A stretch of 64,000 bases of DNA, taken from sequence record NZ_CP015380.1; one strand, 5' to 3'. Positions 22,901 through 32,260 of the stretch are shown here, one piece after another (position 1 is the stretch's first letter; the number at the start of each line of letters is the position of its first letter). The stretch comes from a plasmid. The position numbers and the translations under genes are program-made. The notes under the pieces are model-generated. The model saw nothing but the letters and a program-made list of their open reading frames with translations, was not told the origin of the DNA and searched no databases.

Positions 22901-23760
22901 ACTGGGCGGCGGGGCCGCCTACAACAGCACGACCGGTGCGTGGACCGCCCCGAGCTACACCGTACAGGGAAGCAGCTACAGCAACATCGGTGATGCGTTT
23001 GGCGGCGTAGACGGCAGCCTAACGGCGTTAACCGACAGCATTTCGGAAGGAACCACCGGGGTGGTGCAGCGTACCGATACGGCGAATAAAGCCGTCCTGA
23101 CCGCGGCCAACGGCACCGCGGCCGCCCCCGGAGAGACGCAGACGCTGAGCAATCTGACGGCGGGCGATCTGGCGGCAGACTCCACCGACGCGGTGAACGG
23201 CAGCCAGCTGTTTGCCACTAATACCAATGTGGGGACGAATACCACGAACTTAGCCAACCTGGGCACTAGTACCGCCAGCGCACTGGGCGGCGGGGCCGCC
23301 TACAACAGCTCGACCGGTGCGTGGACCGCCCCGAGCTACACCGTACAGGGAAGCAGCTACAGCAACATCGGTGATGCGTTTGGCGGCGTAGACGGCAGCC
23401 TAACGGCGTTAACCGACAGCATTTCGGAAGGAACCACCGGGGTGGTGCAGCGTACCGATACGGCGAATAAAGCCGTCCTGACCGCGGCCAACGGCACCGC
23501 CGCCGCCCCCGGAGAGACGCAGACGCTGAGCAATCTGACGGCGGGCGATCTGGCGGCAGACTCCACCGACGCGGTGAACGGCAGCCAGCTGTTTGCCACT
23601 AATACCAATGTGGGGACGAATACCACGAACTTAGCCAACCTGGGCACCAGTACCGCCAGCGCACTGGGCGGCGGGGCCGCCTACAACAGCACGACCGGTG
23701 CGTGGACCGCCCCGAGCTACACCGTACAGGGAAGCAGCTACAGCAACATCGGTGATGCGT
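19780..23760 (+). repeat. coding tandem repeats: 2 x 369 bp then about 9 x 381 bp, copies differing by only a few SNPs
   Basis: Spurious minus-strand ORFs recur at an exact 381-bp spacing (20690, 21071, … 23357). Direct comparison of copies shows only NAT/NTT and STT/SST codon differences. Confidence 0.9.
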
Positions 23761-24023
23761 TTGGCGGCGTAGACAGCAGCCTGACCGCGCTTAACAATAG
23801 CGTGTCGTCCGGTAGCACGGGGGTCGTGCAGCGTACCAGTACGGCTAACGTCGCAACCTTGACCGCAGCCGGTGGAACAGCCTCTGCACCGGGAGAGGCC
23901 CAGAAGCTAACTAATCTGGCTGAGGGGAAACTGACCGCGGATTCAACGGATGCCGTCAACGGCAGCCAGTTATACGCTGTAGCTGATCAGGTTTCTAAAA
24001 TACTACCGACATTGCTGGCCTGA
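19917..24023 (+). CDS. trimeric autotransporter adhesin, fragment 2: stalk made of about 11 near-identical tandem repeats
   Basis: Repeating unit …SYSNIGDAFGGVDGSLTALTDSISEGTTGVVQRTDTANKAVLTAANGTAAAPGETQTLSNLTAGDLAADSTDAVNGSQLFATNTNVGTN…. The frame is lost at A4 23997-24000, where one extra A gives …VSKNTTDIAGLTTIVNN…. Confidence 0.8.
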   Translation: MDRTELFYSRGSYSNVGSALTRVDTGLSALNGGNAGLVQRTSTSNVATMTATGGTATAPGTAQKLTNLAAGTLSGTSTDAVNGSQLFATNTNVGTNATNLANLGTSTASALGGGATYNSTTGAWIAPSYTVQGSSYSNVGSALTRVDTGLSALNGGNAGLVQRTSTSNVATMTATGGTATAPGTAQKLTNLAAGTLSGTSTDAVNGSQLFATNTNVGTNATNLANLGTSTASALGGGAAYNSTTGAWTAPSYTVQGSSYSNIGDAFGGVDGSLTALTDSISEGTTGVVQRTDTANKAVLTAANGTAAAPGETQTLSNLTAGDLAADSTDAVNGSQLFATNTNVGTNATNLANLGTSTASALGGGAAYNSTTGAWTAPSYTVQGSSYSNIGDAFGGVDGSLTALTDSISEGTTGVVQRTDTANKAVLTAANGTAAAPGETQTLSNLTAGDLAADSTDAVNGSQLFATNTNVGTNTTNLANLGTSTASALGGGAAYNSSTGAWTAPSYTVQGSSYSNIGDAFGGVDDSLTALTDSISEGTTGVVQRTDTANKAVLTAANGTAAAPGETQTLSNLTAGDLAADSTDAVNGSQLFATNTNVGTNTTNLANLGTSTASALGGGAAYNSSTGAWTAPSYTVQGSSYSNIGDAFGGVDGSLTALTDSISEGTTGVVQRTDTANKAVLTAANGTAAAPGETQTLSNLTAGDLAADSTDAVNGSQLFATNTNVGTNTTNLANLGTSTASALGGGAAYNSSTGAWTAPSYTVQGSSYSNIGDAFGGVDGSLTALTDSISEGTTGVVQRTDTANKAVLTAANGTAAAPGETQTLSNLTAGDLAADSTDAVNGSQLFATNTNVGTNTTNLANLGTSTASALGGGAAYNSSTGAWTAPSYTVQGSSYSNIGDAFGGVDGSLTALTDSISEGTTGVVQRTDTANKAVLTAANGTAAAPGETQTLSNLTAGDLAADSTDAVNGSQLFATNTNVGTNTTNLANLGTSTASALGGGAAYNSTTGAWTAPSYTVQGSSYSNIGDAFGGVDGSLTALTDSISEGTTGVVQRTDTANKAVLTAANGTAAAPGETQTLSNLTAGDLAADSTDAVNGSQLFATNTNVGTNTTNLANLGTSTASALGGGAAYNSSTGAWTAPSYTVQGSSYSNIGDAFGGVDGSLTALTDSISEGTTGVVQRTDTANKAVLTAANGTAAAPGETQTLSNLTAGDLAADSTDAVNGSQLFATNTNVGTNTTNLANLGTSTASALGGGAAYNSTTGAWTAPSYTVQGSSYSNIGDAFGGVDSSLTALNNSVSSGSTGVVQRTSTANVATLTAAGGTASAPGEAQKLTNLAEGKLTADSTDAVNGSQLYAVADQVSKILPTLLA

Positions 24024-24159
24024 CCACTATTGTTAACAATTCGACTGAGAGCAATCTAGTGAAACAAAGCAGTGAGGATAACAGCATCAATATCGGCGCT
24101 AATAAGGCGGGGAAAACCGTGTCTATCGGGGTACGGAAGGTAACCGAATCTTAAGTGGC

Positions 24160-24957
24160 GTGGCCGACGGAGTAGCGGCCAATGATGCTGCCACAGTAGG
24201 ACAATTGCAGGGGGTTATGGGCAATATCAGTAGTCGAGATGATACTGGCTTGGGCGTGGCGAAAGCGACTGGTAAAAATGGATTAGCGGTCGGTGCGGGT
24301 TCGGTGGCTTCAGGCGACTTCAGTACGGCTAACGGTGCGGGCGCGCAGGCCACGGCGGCTAACAGTAGCGCTAGCGGTAGCGGTGCCAAAGCAACGACTG
24401 AGAATTCCTCTGCGTTCGGCCAGGGGGCTACAGCCTCAGGGGCGAGTGCGCTAGCGGTAGGACAGGGTAGTAGCGCCACAGGTTCACAGACTGTTGCATT
24501 AGGTACGGGTAGTCATGCTAGCGGTGCCCAGTCCGTGGCGTTGGGCAATGGTTCAGTGGCAGATAGAGACAATAGCGTTTCCGTCGGTAGTGTAGGTCAC
24601 GAACGTCAGGTAACCAATGTCGCCGCGGGTACGGCCAGAACCGATGCTGCCAACGTGGGGCAGGTCAATGACGCTTTCCAGAGTTTAGGCAAAAGCGTTA
24701 ACAAAAAGATTAATGATCTGGATGATAAGCTGACCGGCGGGATAGCCTCGGCGATGGCGATGTCGGGTATTCCTCAGGTGTATCAACCTAACTCAAGTTT
24801 GGTTGGTGCCTCGGCTTCGACGTATAACGGTCAGTCAGCTATTTCGGTCGGTGTCTCTAAAACATCTGAAGATGGAAAGTGGATTTTTAAAGTCAACGGC
24901 AGTGGTAATACCCAGAGTGACTTTGGTGCCTCAGTGGGGGTTGGGTACCAGTGGTAA
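24160..24957 (+). CDS. trimeric autotransporter adhesin, fragment 3: neck plus YadA-like C-terminal membrane anchor
   Basis: …GTEGNRILSGVADGVAANDAATVGQL… neck motif (needs one extra G at G4 24128-24131 to join fragment 2). Classic anchor ending …SAISVGVSKTSEDGKWIFKVNGSGNTQSDFGASVGVGYQW. Confidence 0.85.
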   Translation: MADGVAANDAATVGQLQGVMGNISSRDDTGLGVAKATGKNGLAVGAGSVASGDFSTANGAGAQATAANSSASGSGAKATTENSSAFGQGATASGASALAVGQGSSATGSQTVALGTGSHASGAQSVALGNGSVADRDNSVSVGSVGHERQVTNVAAGTARTDAANVGQVNDAFQSLGKSVNKKINDLDDKLTGGIASAMAMSGIPQVYQPNSSLVGASASTYNGQSAISVGVSKTSEDGKWIFKVNGSGNTQSDFGASVGVGYQW

Positions 24958-25134
24958 GACGGTTTACCCACTCGCCATGACACCTGACATATTCACTTTG
25001 GGTTAGATTAACGGGCGGCTCATAGGTCGCCCATTATCTCATTAACGCTCTACCACTCGCATTAAAGTGTCGATAAAAAGGGTGTGCAGGGCCGATCGAG
25101 AGGAGCGCTTGGTACATCAGAGGATATCCTGACC

Positions 25135-25698
25135 ATGAAGAACGTTACGATGGATAAATTAAATATCACCACGCTTGTGCCTGAGAGCAATTATGCACCT
25201 TACTTTCAAGGGGTCTCGGTCATTTCATCATGTACCTATATGTCTCAAGGTTTGGTTTATTTGTGTCAGAGCGTTAAGTGCGTCGCTCGCACTTATCTGA
25301 TTGACTTTTTTTCCGCTAACTATTTATTTAAATACGGCGCCACACTGACGAGTAAAAAGTTCTTTGCTCCCTATCATCACTATGTCGTCCACGTATCCAT
25401 GGGACAGGACACGATGTTTGCTGACTTGATGGCGCTTATTGTCATTACTAATAATCTACCGTTAACTAGCACGATTACGATATTGAGCAAGCTGCCGCCA
25501 GATTTTATTTATCACACGCTCCACCTCAATCTGCATAAGCGGGTTACCCTTACAAGATGTCGATGGATATGTGCCAAAAACCCGCCGTCGTATATCAGCG
25601 CAACGATACCCTGCCCATCTCGTCACTCTACGGCGGTTATGTTGGAAAGGGGGGAGACGGCCGAAAATAGCCGTTATATCGGGCTAACATGCTTTTAA
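25135..25698 (+). CDS. hypothetical protein (no recognisable domain)
   Basis: ORF upstream of the EAL gene. Start assigned at MKNVTMDKL…. No motif recognised, and GC is lower than the adhesin. Confidence 0.25.
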   Translation: MKNVTMDKLNITTLVPESNYAPYFQGVSVISSCTYMSQGLVYLCQSVKCVARTYLIDFFSANYLFKYGATLTSKKFFAPYHHYVVHVSMGQDTMFADLMALIVITNNLPLTSTITILSKLPPDFIYHTLHLNLHKRVTLTRCRWICAKNPPSYISATIPCPSRHSTAVMLERGETAENSRYIGLTCF

Positions 25699-25867
25699 AT
25701 CAATATGTTAATAATTTTTCGCTACCCTCATTCGGGAATAAGGAATGTGAAAATGAGAAGTAAACAATTCCACCATCATAAACTCTCTGGGCTCAGAAAA
25801 CTGTCACAACTTCCAGGCAAAGAAGGGCAAGTGTTTGCTGGATTTATTCATTCAAAAAAAAGTCTCC

Positions 25868-26605
25868 ATGCCCCCTTTAGCTAGCGAGGCGGAGGCGTTT
25901 AAGGCATTAGCGGATGGCGCTATCTTTCCATTTTATCAACCAGTCGTGAACAGAGATAAACATATCCTAGGTTATGAGTTGTTGATGCGCTGGCAAATAG
26001 GTGATGACATTCTTTCCCCGGCGGTGTTTATGGCGAACTTTCATTCTAGCCGGCTGTGGCAGCAACTCACGGAAATGATGGTGCATTCAGCGATTAATAC
26101 AATTCTCCGCTTTCGGGGTAGCACCACTTTTGCTGTCAACCTACCGGATTGCTTGCTCTACGAGGAGTGGATTGAACATATTATGAAGCAGGTACGACAT
26201 CGTTTAGTGGGTAAAGCTTCGATGTCACGCTTAGTGTTTGAAATTAGTGAACATTCCGTTCTTACCGAGCTATCCGAGGGCGGGAGGGCAATCGCCTTGC
26301 TGCGGGAGAATGGGTGCCGTGTATATTTGGATGATTGCTTTGGGGAGACAAGCGTTATTTTTCCCGTGAAAAATATTCCGCTCGACGGATTTAAGATAGA
26401 TAAAAGCATTGTCGATACTTTTCAAAACAACACGTATCATGAAAATTTGATACGGTCGTTGATTTATTTATGTTGCCTGAACCAGACAATTTGCATTGCC
26501 GAAGGAGTCGATACTCCGGATAAATTTGAGGCGCTGGCGGCGCTAGGTATCAACGCTTTTCAGGGATATCTAATAGGGAGACCGGAGGTTCTGAGTTTTG
26601 ATTAG
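25868..26605 (+). CDS. stand-alone EAL-domain protein (ELL variant, c-di-GMP phosphodiesterase-like)
   Basis: FYQPVV…GYELLMRW, FEISEHS, DDCFGETS (DDFGTG loop), KIDKSIV, IAEGVDT, QGY. Only about 245 aa, with no sensor or GGDEF domain. Confidence 0.75.
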   Translation: MPPLASEAEAFKALADGAIFPFYQPVVNRDKHILGYELLMRWQIGDDILSPAVFMANFHSSRLWQQLTEMMVHSAINTILRFRGSTTFAVNLPDCLLYEEWIEHIMKQVRHRLVGKASMSRLVFEISEHSVLTELSEGGRAIALLRENGCRVYLDDCFGETSVIFPVKNIPLDGFKIDKSIVDTFQNNTYHENLIRSLIYLCCLNQTICIAEGVDTPDKFEALAALGINAFQGYLIGRPEVLSFD

Positions 26606-27149
26606 AAGCCCTGTTATAGAGGAAAAACGGTGCTATATGGTGAGGCTAAAAGATATTCTGAGCGTGATAAAGTCCTAAACCCCCTAACCATGCTCCGGAT
26701 TTTCGCGCATATACTGTGTACCCTCTTTTTATTAAACCCCAATGGGCTGCTGAAGGCGATTTGTCTCAATGGCCCACGCCAACAAAAAATAATTAATCCG
26801 CTTTGCGATGTTTGGGAAGAGCTGCCGCGCGGACGTTTTCATATATCGATGTGTCGACGGCAATGATAAGATTTCGCGCCTGACCGTTTTATTCGATATC
26901 AGGCAGGGACAGTGACCTCTGCTTGCCCGCGCCGAAAAAACACGCACCGTTGGCGCACGGGAATGCAGCGGTGCTAACGCACCGCATATCTCCCCGTTTC
27001 GTGATGTCAGAGTAGTGTGTTGCGTTGTGTTTCCATACAGCCTATTGCCTATTGCTGTTCTTCTTCCTCTCCATCTTCTTCATCTTCTCCTGAATATACA
27101 TCTTTCTGCTGTAGTGCTTTTTCTCTTTACCTCTTAAAAATCCAAACAA

Positions 27150-27385
27150 CAGCCTATGGGGCACCGAGGGCGTGTGCTGTTCCGGCCCAAGATGACTGAC
27201 ACAACTAGTCGCGCCCTGACTGCGGGCACGCCAAGTTTTACGCAGCCACTCGACGTGTCTGCGCCCATGCGGGGTAGAGCCGCTGCTGTAAGGTCAACAG
27301 CATCGCTTGCTGTGACCTGCTGGTCACGCCGCTTTCACTGCCGGCGAGAGAATGCCGGCGCTAAGGGGCAATGCCGTTTCGCGCC
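27150..27385 (+). repeat. structured leading-region repeat, copy A (Frpo/ssi-like), upstream of ssb
   Basis: About 220 bp, near-identical to 30160-30395. Internal hairpins (GTGACCtgctgGTCAC, CAGCAtcgctTGCTG). GC-rich and non-coding. Confidence 0.45.
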
Positions 27386-27758
27386 CGCGCGTTTCGTCAT
27401 TGCGGCGGGTTTCTGCTCATCAACGCTGGCTGATTTCCCCCCTTTGAGTCCGAACGCCGGGGCTGAGATAACCACAACGCGTCTTGCTGTCCAGGGACGC
27501 AAAAGCCTTTCGCAATAAATTTATGGCGGCCATTTCGCAAGCTTCATTAGACCGCCATAAATTTCCCGCTCACCCCGGACAGCTTCACCACGCTGTGCTG
27601 ATTGACGCCCTTGCGGCGTACGGCTCTCAAACGGGTGAAGGTAACAACCAGCGGGAGTGTGCAGCAGGTCCCCGCAAAACGTCAAAACCGCGGCCCCGGC
27701 AACTCAACGGGTGATGGTTTTTAAAGGCAAAAAATCAACGAATATCAGGAGAGACACT

Positions 27759-28286
27759 ATGGCGAGCAAAGGCGTTAATAAAGTGATTTTAGTGGGACAT
27801 TTAGGCCAAGAACCCGAAGTACGCTACATGCCAAATGGGGGCGCGGTGGCTAATTTATCACTGGCCACCTCAGAAACATGGCGTGATAAGCAATCGGGCG
27901 AACAAAAAGAAAAAACCGAATGGCATCGCGTTGTGGTGTTTGGCAAGTTGGCTGAAATCGCAGGGGAATACCTGCAAAAGGGCTCACAGGTCTATATCGA
28001 GGGGGCTTTGCAAACTCGTAAGTGGACAGACACGCAAGGGAACGAGCGTTACACCACCGAAATTATCGTCAACGTGGGCGGCACTCTACAGATGCTGGGC
28101 AACCGTCTTGAAGCCAACCCAACCCCAGCACCGCAGACCAGCGGTCAGCCACAACAACAGGCAGCAACTCCCACAGCTAAAAAGGCCAGCAAAGTCAAAA
28201 AATCCAAGACCGCCGTACAGCCAGAATCTCAGCCGCAGAGCGGGGACTTCCCGCCGATGGATTTTGACGACGATATCCCATTCTAG
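27759..28286 (+). CDS. ssb: single-stranded DNA-binding protein (plasmid/leading-region type)
   Basis: [39 protein letters not shown]…, Gly/Gln-rich tail, ends DFDDDIPF. Confidence 0.9.
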   Translation: MASKGVNKVILVGHLGQEPEVRYMPNGGAVANLSLATSETWRDKQSGEQKEKTEWHRVVVFGKLAEIAGEYLQKGSQVYIEGALQTRKWTDTQGNERYTTEIIVNVGGTLQMLGNRLEANPTPAPQTSGQPQQQAATPTAKKASKVKKSKTAVQPESQPQSGDFPPMDFDDDIPF

Positions 28287-28472
28287 AGTTGACTTGCCCT
28301 GCGAGAGCGGGGCTTAAACAGGAGAAATACTATGTCAGACAATATCGAGGCCAAGCCCTTAAAATCCCTGTCCGATGGCACCTTCACCCGCGAACACGCA
28401 GTAAGCAGTAAGCGAGGTGCCGGATGCTAGGACATCCGGCAGACATTAATCAACACTATCGAGGTATCAACC

Positions 28473-28772
28473 ATGTCAGAGAAGAATACTAAAGCAACCC
28501 GTAATGCGAGTAAAGCGAGCAAAAAATCTCCCCCAATGGCGCAGGCCGAAGCAGCCAACACCGCGCTGCGTGATATTCCCGTTTCTATGGTTAGCGTGAG
28601 TTCACTCGCCCATTCAACGCTGAACGTGCGCAAACAAGCCCCTGATGCTGCTAAATTGGCAGAGCTTGCCGAGAGCATTAAAGCGGTTAGCCTTTTGCAG
28701 AATCTGGTGGCGTTCGAACAGTCAGATAGCCTGTTAACGTCCATCAGTTTGCGGCAACGCAGGCCATCATAG
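28473..28772 (+). pseudogene. ParB-like nuclease-domain protein (leading-region YfjB/YdaB-like) N-terminal fragment, truncated
   Basis: …IPVSMVSVSSLAHSTLNVRK…LAELAESIKAVSLLQNLVA… resembles the ParB/Srx N-domain. It ends after 99 aa, whereas the plasmid homologues are large proteins. Confidence 0.4.
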
Positions 28773-29026
28773 ATGTCGAGCATAAGCAGCTACGCGGCAC
28801 ATAACTCGGACAACATCCTTATGCGCGGGCTTTATTCCGCCACTTACGTGGTGGCGCGATGCGCATCACCGCCAGAGATAGACGAAGAAGATATCTAATG
28901 TATTGGGGATGTCTGTGTCACCACAGGCTAACCTTCATTTCAAAATGGTGAGTGTGTTAGTAAAACTTAGCTCTTAAAATGAATACAGATGTAATACATG
29001 TGAATTATACATGTATTCATTTTCTG

Positions 29027-29320
29027 TTATAAAAGCCGCTTTTGAGCCATCTCATAGGCCTTCTCGGCTTCTCGTTTGCCGACAGCAATCACCCATATAA
29101 CTATCTCATCATCGATAACCTTGTAAATTAGACGAAAGCCTGATGCTCTTAGCTTTATTTTAAAGCAGCCAGCGAGATCTCCATGCAATCTCGCTGATTC
29201 AACGTAAGGGTTTTGCTGCAGTTTTTTTAGCTTCTTTTTGAATTGTTCGCGGACAGTTTTTTCAAGCTTATTCCATTCCTTGAAAGCCCTTTCGTCAAAT
29301 TCAATACTAAAAGTCATCAA
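29027..29320 (-). CDS. relE: RelE/ParE-family mRNA interferase toxin
   Basis: Strong similarity to E. coli RelE (…FDERAFKEWNKL…VREQFKKKL…CFKIKLRASGFRLIYKVIDDEIVIWVIAVGKRE). Confidence 0.85.
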   Translation of the reverse strand: MMTFSIEFDERAFKEWNKLEKTVREQFKKKLKKLQQNPYVESARLHGDLAGCFKIKLRASGFRLIYKVIDDEIVIWVIAVGKREAEKAYEMAQKRLL

Positions 29321-29561
29321 CGTTAACCCTGATCCGTTTGCCCGGATTTTTCATCCTTTCTCTGACGACCGCCAAGATATCAGCATCCTCATCATCTTCA
29401 CTCACCATCACTGAGACTTCAGCAAAAGGCAGTTTTTCGTTCTCTACGACATATCGCAGGAACAGACGAAGTGCATCAGAAGGAGACAGATTCAGTTTTT
29501 CAAAGGCCTGATAGGCATCTTTTTTCAGCTCGTCATCTACGCGGATTTGGATTGTGCTCAT
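29307..29561 (-). CDS. relB: RelB antitoxin
   Basis: MSTIQIRVDDELKKDAYQAFEKLNLSPSDALRLFLRYVVENEKLPF… matches RelB. Overlaps relE. Palindromic operator-like repeats lie upstream at 29600-29700. Confidence 0.85.
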   Translation of the reverse strand: MSTIQIRVDDELKKDAYQAFEKLNLSPSDALRLFLRYVVENEKLPFAEVSVMVSEDDEDADILAVVRERMKNPGKRIRVNVDDF

Positions 29562-29696
29562 TGCAAATACTCCGATAGTTCATGTCCAATTATTATACAC
29601 GCACTACATATGTAATGACAAATGTAGTGCTATATTATCTTGAATACGAATGGGGAATACCTCTTTAATGAATTACATTTGTATTACACGTGTAAT

Positions 29697-29940
29697 CTAT
29701 TTGTGTTTCAATAATTGTGCATAATCACGATGATCGAGCGAGAAGGTCACGACCAACTGTGGCGCGACATCGAGCGCAAATACCTTTAGATAAACTTCGG
29801 TGCTTTCATAACGTTCATGCCCCATATAGGTTTGAACGACCTTAGGCGGAACATGATTGAAGAACAGGTGCATCGCAAAGCTGTGCCTAAATGTTTTTGG
29901 ATTGAGTGTCTGTAAAGCAAATTGTACCCCCTCCTCGGAT
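29697..29940 (-). pseudogene. tyrosine recombinase/integrase C-terminal fragment
   Basis: Minus-strand translation …FRHSFAMHLFFNHVPPKVVQTYMGHERYESTEVYLKV…*. This carries the box II HxxR and the catalytic-Tyr region only. No N-terminal part is present. Confidence 0.6.
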
Positions 29941-30159
29941 GGATTGGATGTTGCTCAACAATAAGCTTTGCCAGGGTGTCCGGTAAACAAACAACGACAA
30001 ACGCTGCTGTGGCTTCGCCACGGCGGCGCTCTTCATTTCACATTATACGGTCTTAAATCCCTTCACCAATAGTCTTCTTAATATCTAGATTTACTCTAGT
30101 TCTCCTGCTGTTCTTACCAACTTACCTATTTCTCGCTTAGACCCAAAAACAAAGCAAAT

Positions 30160-30395
30160 GCCCTTGGGGCACCGAAGGCGTGCGCCGTTCCGACACACGA
30201 CGACTGACACAACTAGTCGCGCCTAAACAAACGGGCACGCCAAGTTTTACGCAGCCACAAAAGGTGTCTGCGCCCATGCGGGGTAGAGCCGTTGCTGGCA
30301 GGTCAACGGCATCGCTTGCTGTGACCTTAAGGTCACGCCGCTGTCACTGCCGGTGATAAAGCCACCGGCGCTAAGGACGCCACGTTTTTAACGTG
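30160..30395 (+). repeat. structured leading-region repeat, copy B (Frpo/ssi-like), upstream of the DUF932::traD ORF
   Basis: Direct repeat of 27150-27385, with the same hairpin-forming segments. Confidence 0.45.
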
Positions 30396-30703
30396 GCGAG
30401 TGTGTGCCTGCGCATTTATCGCCTGATTACCCACGCTCATGCGTTCTTTGCGGAGGGCTGGGTTTAGCACCACCCCCGTTCTAAACACAAAAGAGAATAA
30501 ATGCCGCAAGCGGCCTTTTGTGTTTAGCCCTGGTCTGTCGCAACAACGCCCATTGCCGCAAGGAACTCATCGAGAGATGGCTTAACCATCAGAGTAAGAA
30601 AAAATGCAGCTGGCACACACGAAACGTCAACACCGCCGCTGCAGAATCTATCGAAAGATAGGGAAGCCCGCTCAAGCATTTATTTAAATTTGGAGGTCAT
30701 ACC

Positions 30704-32254
30704 ATGAGACTCGCATCCCGCTTTGGCAATATTAACTCTGTACGTCGCGATCGTCCGTTAACGAATGATGAACTAGCACAATACGTCCCGAGTGTTTTTT
30801 CTGAAGAAAAACATGCGTCCCGTAGTGCGCGATATACCTATATTCCGACTATCACCCTGCTTGATAAATTGCGCGCTGAAGGATTCCAGCCGTTTTATGC
30901 CTGTCAAACCCGTGTACGCGATGAAGATAAGCGCGGTCATACCAAACATCTACTACGTTTGCGTCGTGAAGAAGGGATCGCCATTACGGGAAAGGAAGTG
31001 CCTGAAATTATTCTGCTCAATAGCCATGATGGTTCGAGCAGTTATCAAATGCTGCCGGGAATGTTCCGATTTGCATGCGCCATCCGCTACCTGCACGGCA
31101 TAGAGCGTAACGGCGAACCCTTCACCATCCGTGACTGGATGCGCGGGGTACGTGAAGATGGCAATAACGGTTGGTTGTTTATCTCATCGAATGCCGATAC
31201 TCACGCGTCCCTTAAGCCGGTGATATCGATGTGGCTGTCGTTGGCCATTCGCGGCCTATTGGCGATGGGGGAGAATCGTCAGCGCCGCGTTTGGTTTTTT
31301 GCCGATGAGATACCAACCCTGCATAAACTGCCGGATTTGGTAGAAATCGTGCCCGAGGCGCGAAAGTTCGGTGGTTGCTACGTGTTGGGCTTCCAGTCCT
31401 ACGCCCAGTTGGAAGATATCTATGGCGCCAAAGGCGCTGCCACGCTGTTCGATGTGCTTAATACCCGCGCCTTCTTCCGCTCGCCGAGTAAGCAGATTGC
31501 GGATTTTGCCGCCGGTGAAATCGGTGAAAAAGAGCAGCTCAAAGCTTCCGAGCAATATTCTTACGGTGTCGACCCTGTGCGTGATGGCACCTCGGTGGGC
31601 AAAGACATGGAGCGTGTGACGCTGGTGAGCTACAGCGACATTCAAACCCTGCCCGATTTAACCTGCTATATCACGCTGCCGGGGCCGTACCCGGCGGTGA
31701 AACTGCCGCTGAAGTACCAGACGCGTCCCAAGGTCGCACCGGAATTTATCGCCCGCACTATCGATACCGACGCCGAGACGCACCTGAGTGCCGTACTGGC
31801 CGCTCGTGAGGAAGAAGGACGTGGGATTGCCGAGCTCTTTACCCCTGATGCTGAGACAGCCGAACCCGCCTCGACGGAAAATGAGCCCGTTGCTGAGACA
31901 GCGACTCAAACTCAAACGACACCGCCTGTTACGCCTCTTCGCGAAGAGAGCGCACCGAAGCCAGCACCCAAAACGTCACCTAAGGCAGCTGCCGCATCGA
32001 CAACGGCGGCCAGCGCCACCGCAGCGGCGGTGGTTGCACCGGTCGGCGGCGTAGAGCAAGAACTCGAGGAACATGAAGAGGCGTTACCGCCGGGTATTGA
32101 TAGCCAAGGCGAACTGGTTGATCCGGATGCTTACGAGCGTTGGCAAGCTGAGCATGAGGCTAACGGCCAGCGCACGATGCAACGCCGTGAAGAGGTCAAT
32201 ATCAATCACGGTCAGTCGTCTCTCGATGACGTTGAAGTAGGAGATACATTTTGA
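30704..32254 (+). CDS. chimeric ORF: DUF932 (YfjQ-like) N-terminal 125 aa fused in frame to the C-terminal ~390 aa of an F-type TraD coupling protein
   Basis: Residues 1-125 match YfjQ/DUF932 (…RRDRPLT…[19 protein letters not shown]…[19 protein letters not shown]). The rest matches the F TraD C-terminus as I recall it (…[19 protein letters not shown]…[23 protein letters not shown]…EVNIN…GDTF). Confidence 0.75.
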   Translation: MRLASRFGNINSVRRDRPLTNDELAQYVPSVFSEEKHASRSARYTYIPTITLLDKLRAEGFQPFYACQTRVRDEDKRGHTKHLLRLRREEGIAITGKEVPEIILLNSHDGSSSYQMLPGMFRFACAIRYLHGIERNGEPFTIRDWMRGVREDGNNGWLFISSNADTHASLKPVISMWLSLAIRGLLAMGENRQRRVWFFADEIPTLHKLPDLVEIVPEARKFGGCYVLGFQSYAQLEDIYGAKGAATLFDVLNTRAFFRSPSKQIADFAAGEIGEKEQLKASEQYSYGVDPVRDGTSVGKDMERVTLVSYSDIQTLPDLTCYITLPGPYPAVKLPLKYQTRPKVAPEFIARTIDTDAETHLSAVLAAREEEGRGIAELFTPDAETAEPASTENEPVAETATQTQTTPPVTPLREESAPKPAPKTSPKAAAASTTAASATAAAVVAPVGGVEQELEEHEEALPPGIDSQGELVDPDAYERWQAEHEANGQRTMQRREEVNINHGQSSLDDVEVGDTF

Positions 32255-32260
32255 GGGTAA

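Noticed and set aside
20690-23959. A series of 96-aa minus-strand ORFs (MPRLAKFV…) recurring every 381 bp
   Set aside because: They are antisense reading frames opened by the GC-rich, stop-poor coding repeats of the trimeric autotransporter. Identical periodicity and no independent start or ribosome-binding-site context mean they are not genes. They are also not CRISPR, because the repeats are contiguous with no unique spacers.
27017-27714. Several overlapping ORFs of 60-120 aa in the GC-rich stretch upstream of ssb
   Set aside because: They lie inside the Frpo-like structured repeat and its flanks and are low-complexity (Ala/Arg-rich). They are frame-independent artefacts of high GC.
29697-29940. 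Integrase fragment next to relBE as a possible integron (intI plus cassette)
   Set aside because: Only about 75 C-terminal residues remain. No attI or attC-like sites were recognised, and the orientation and spacing do not fit an integron platform.
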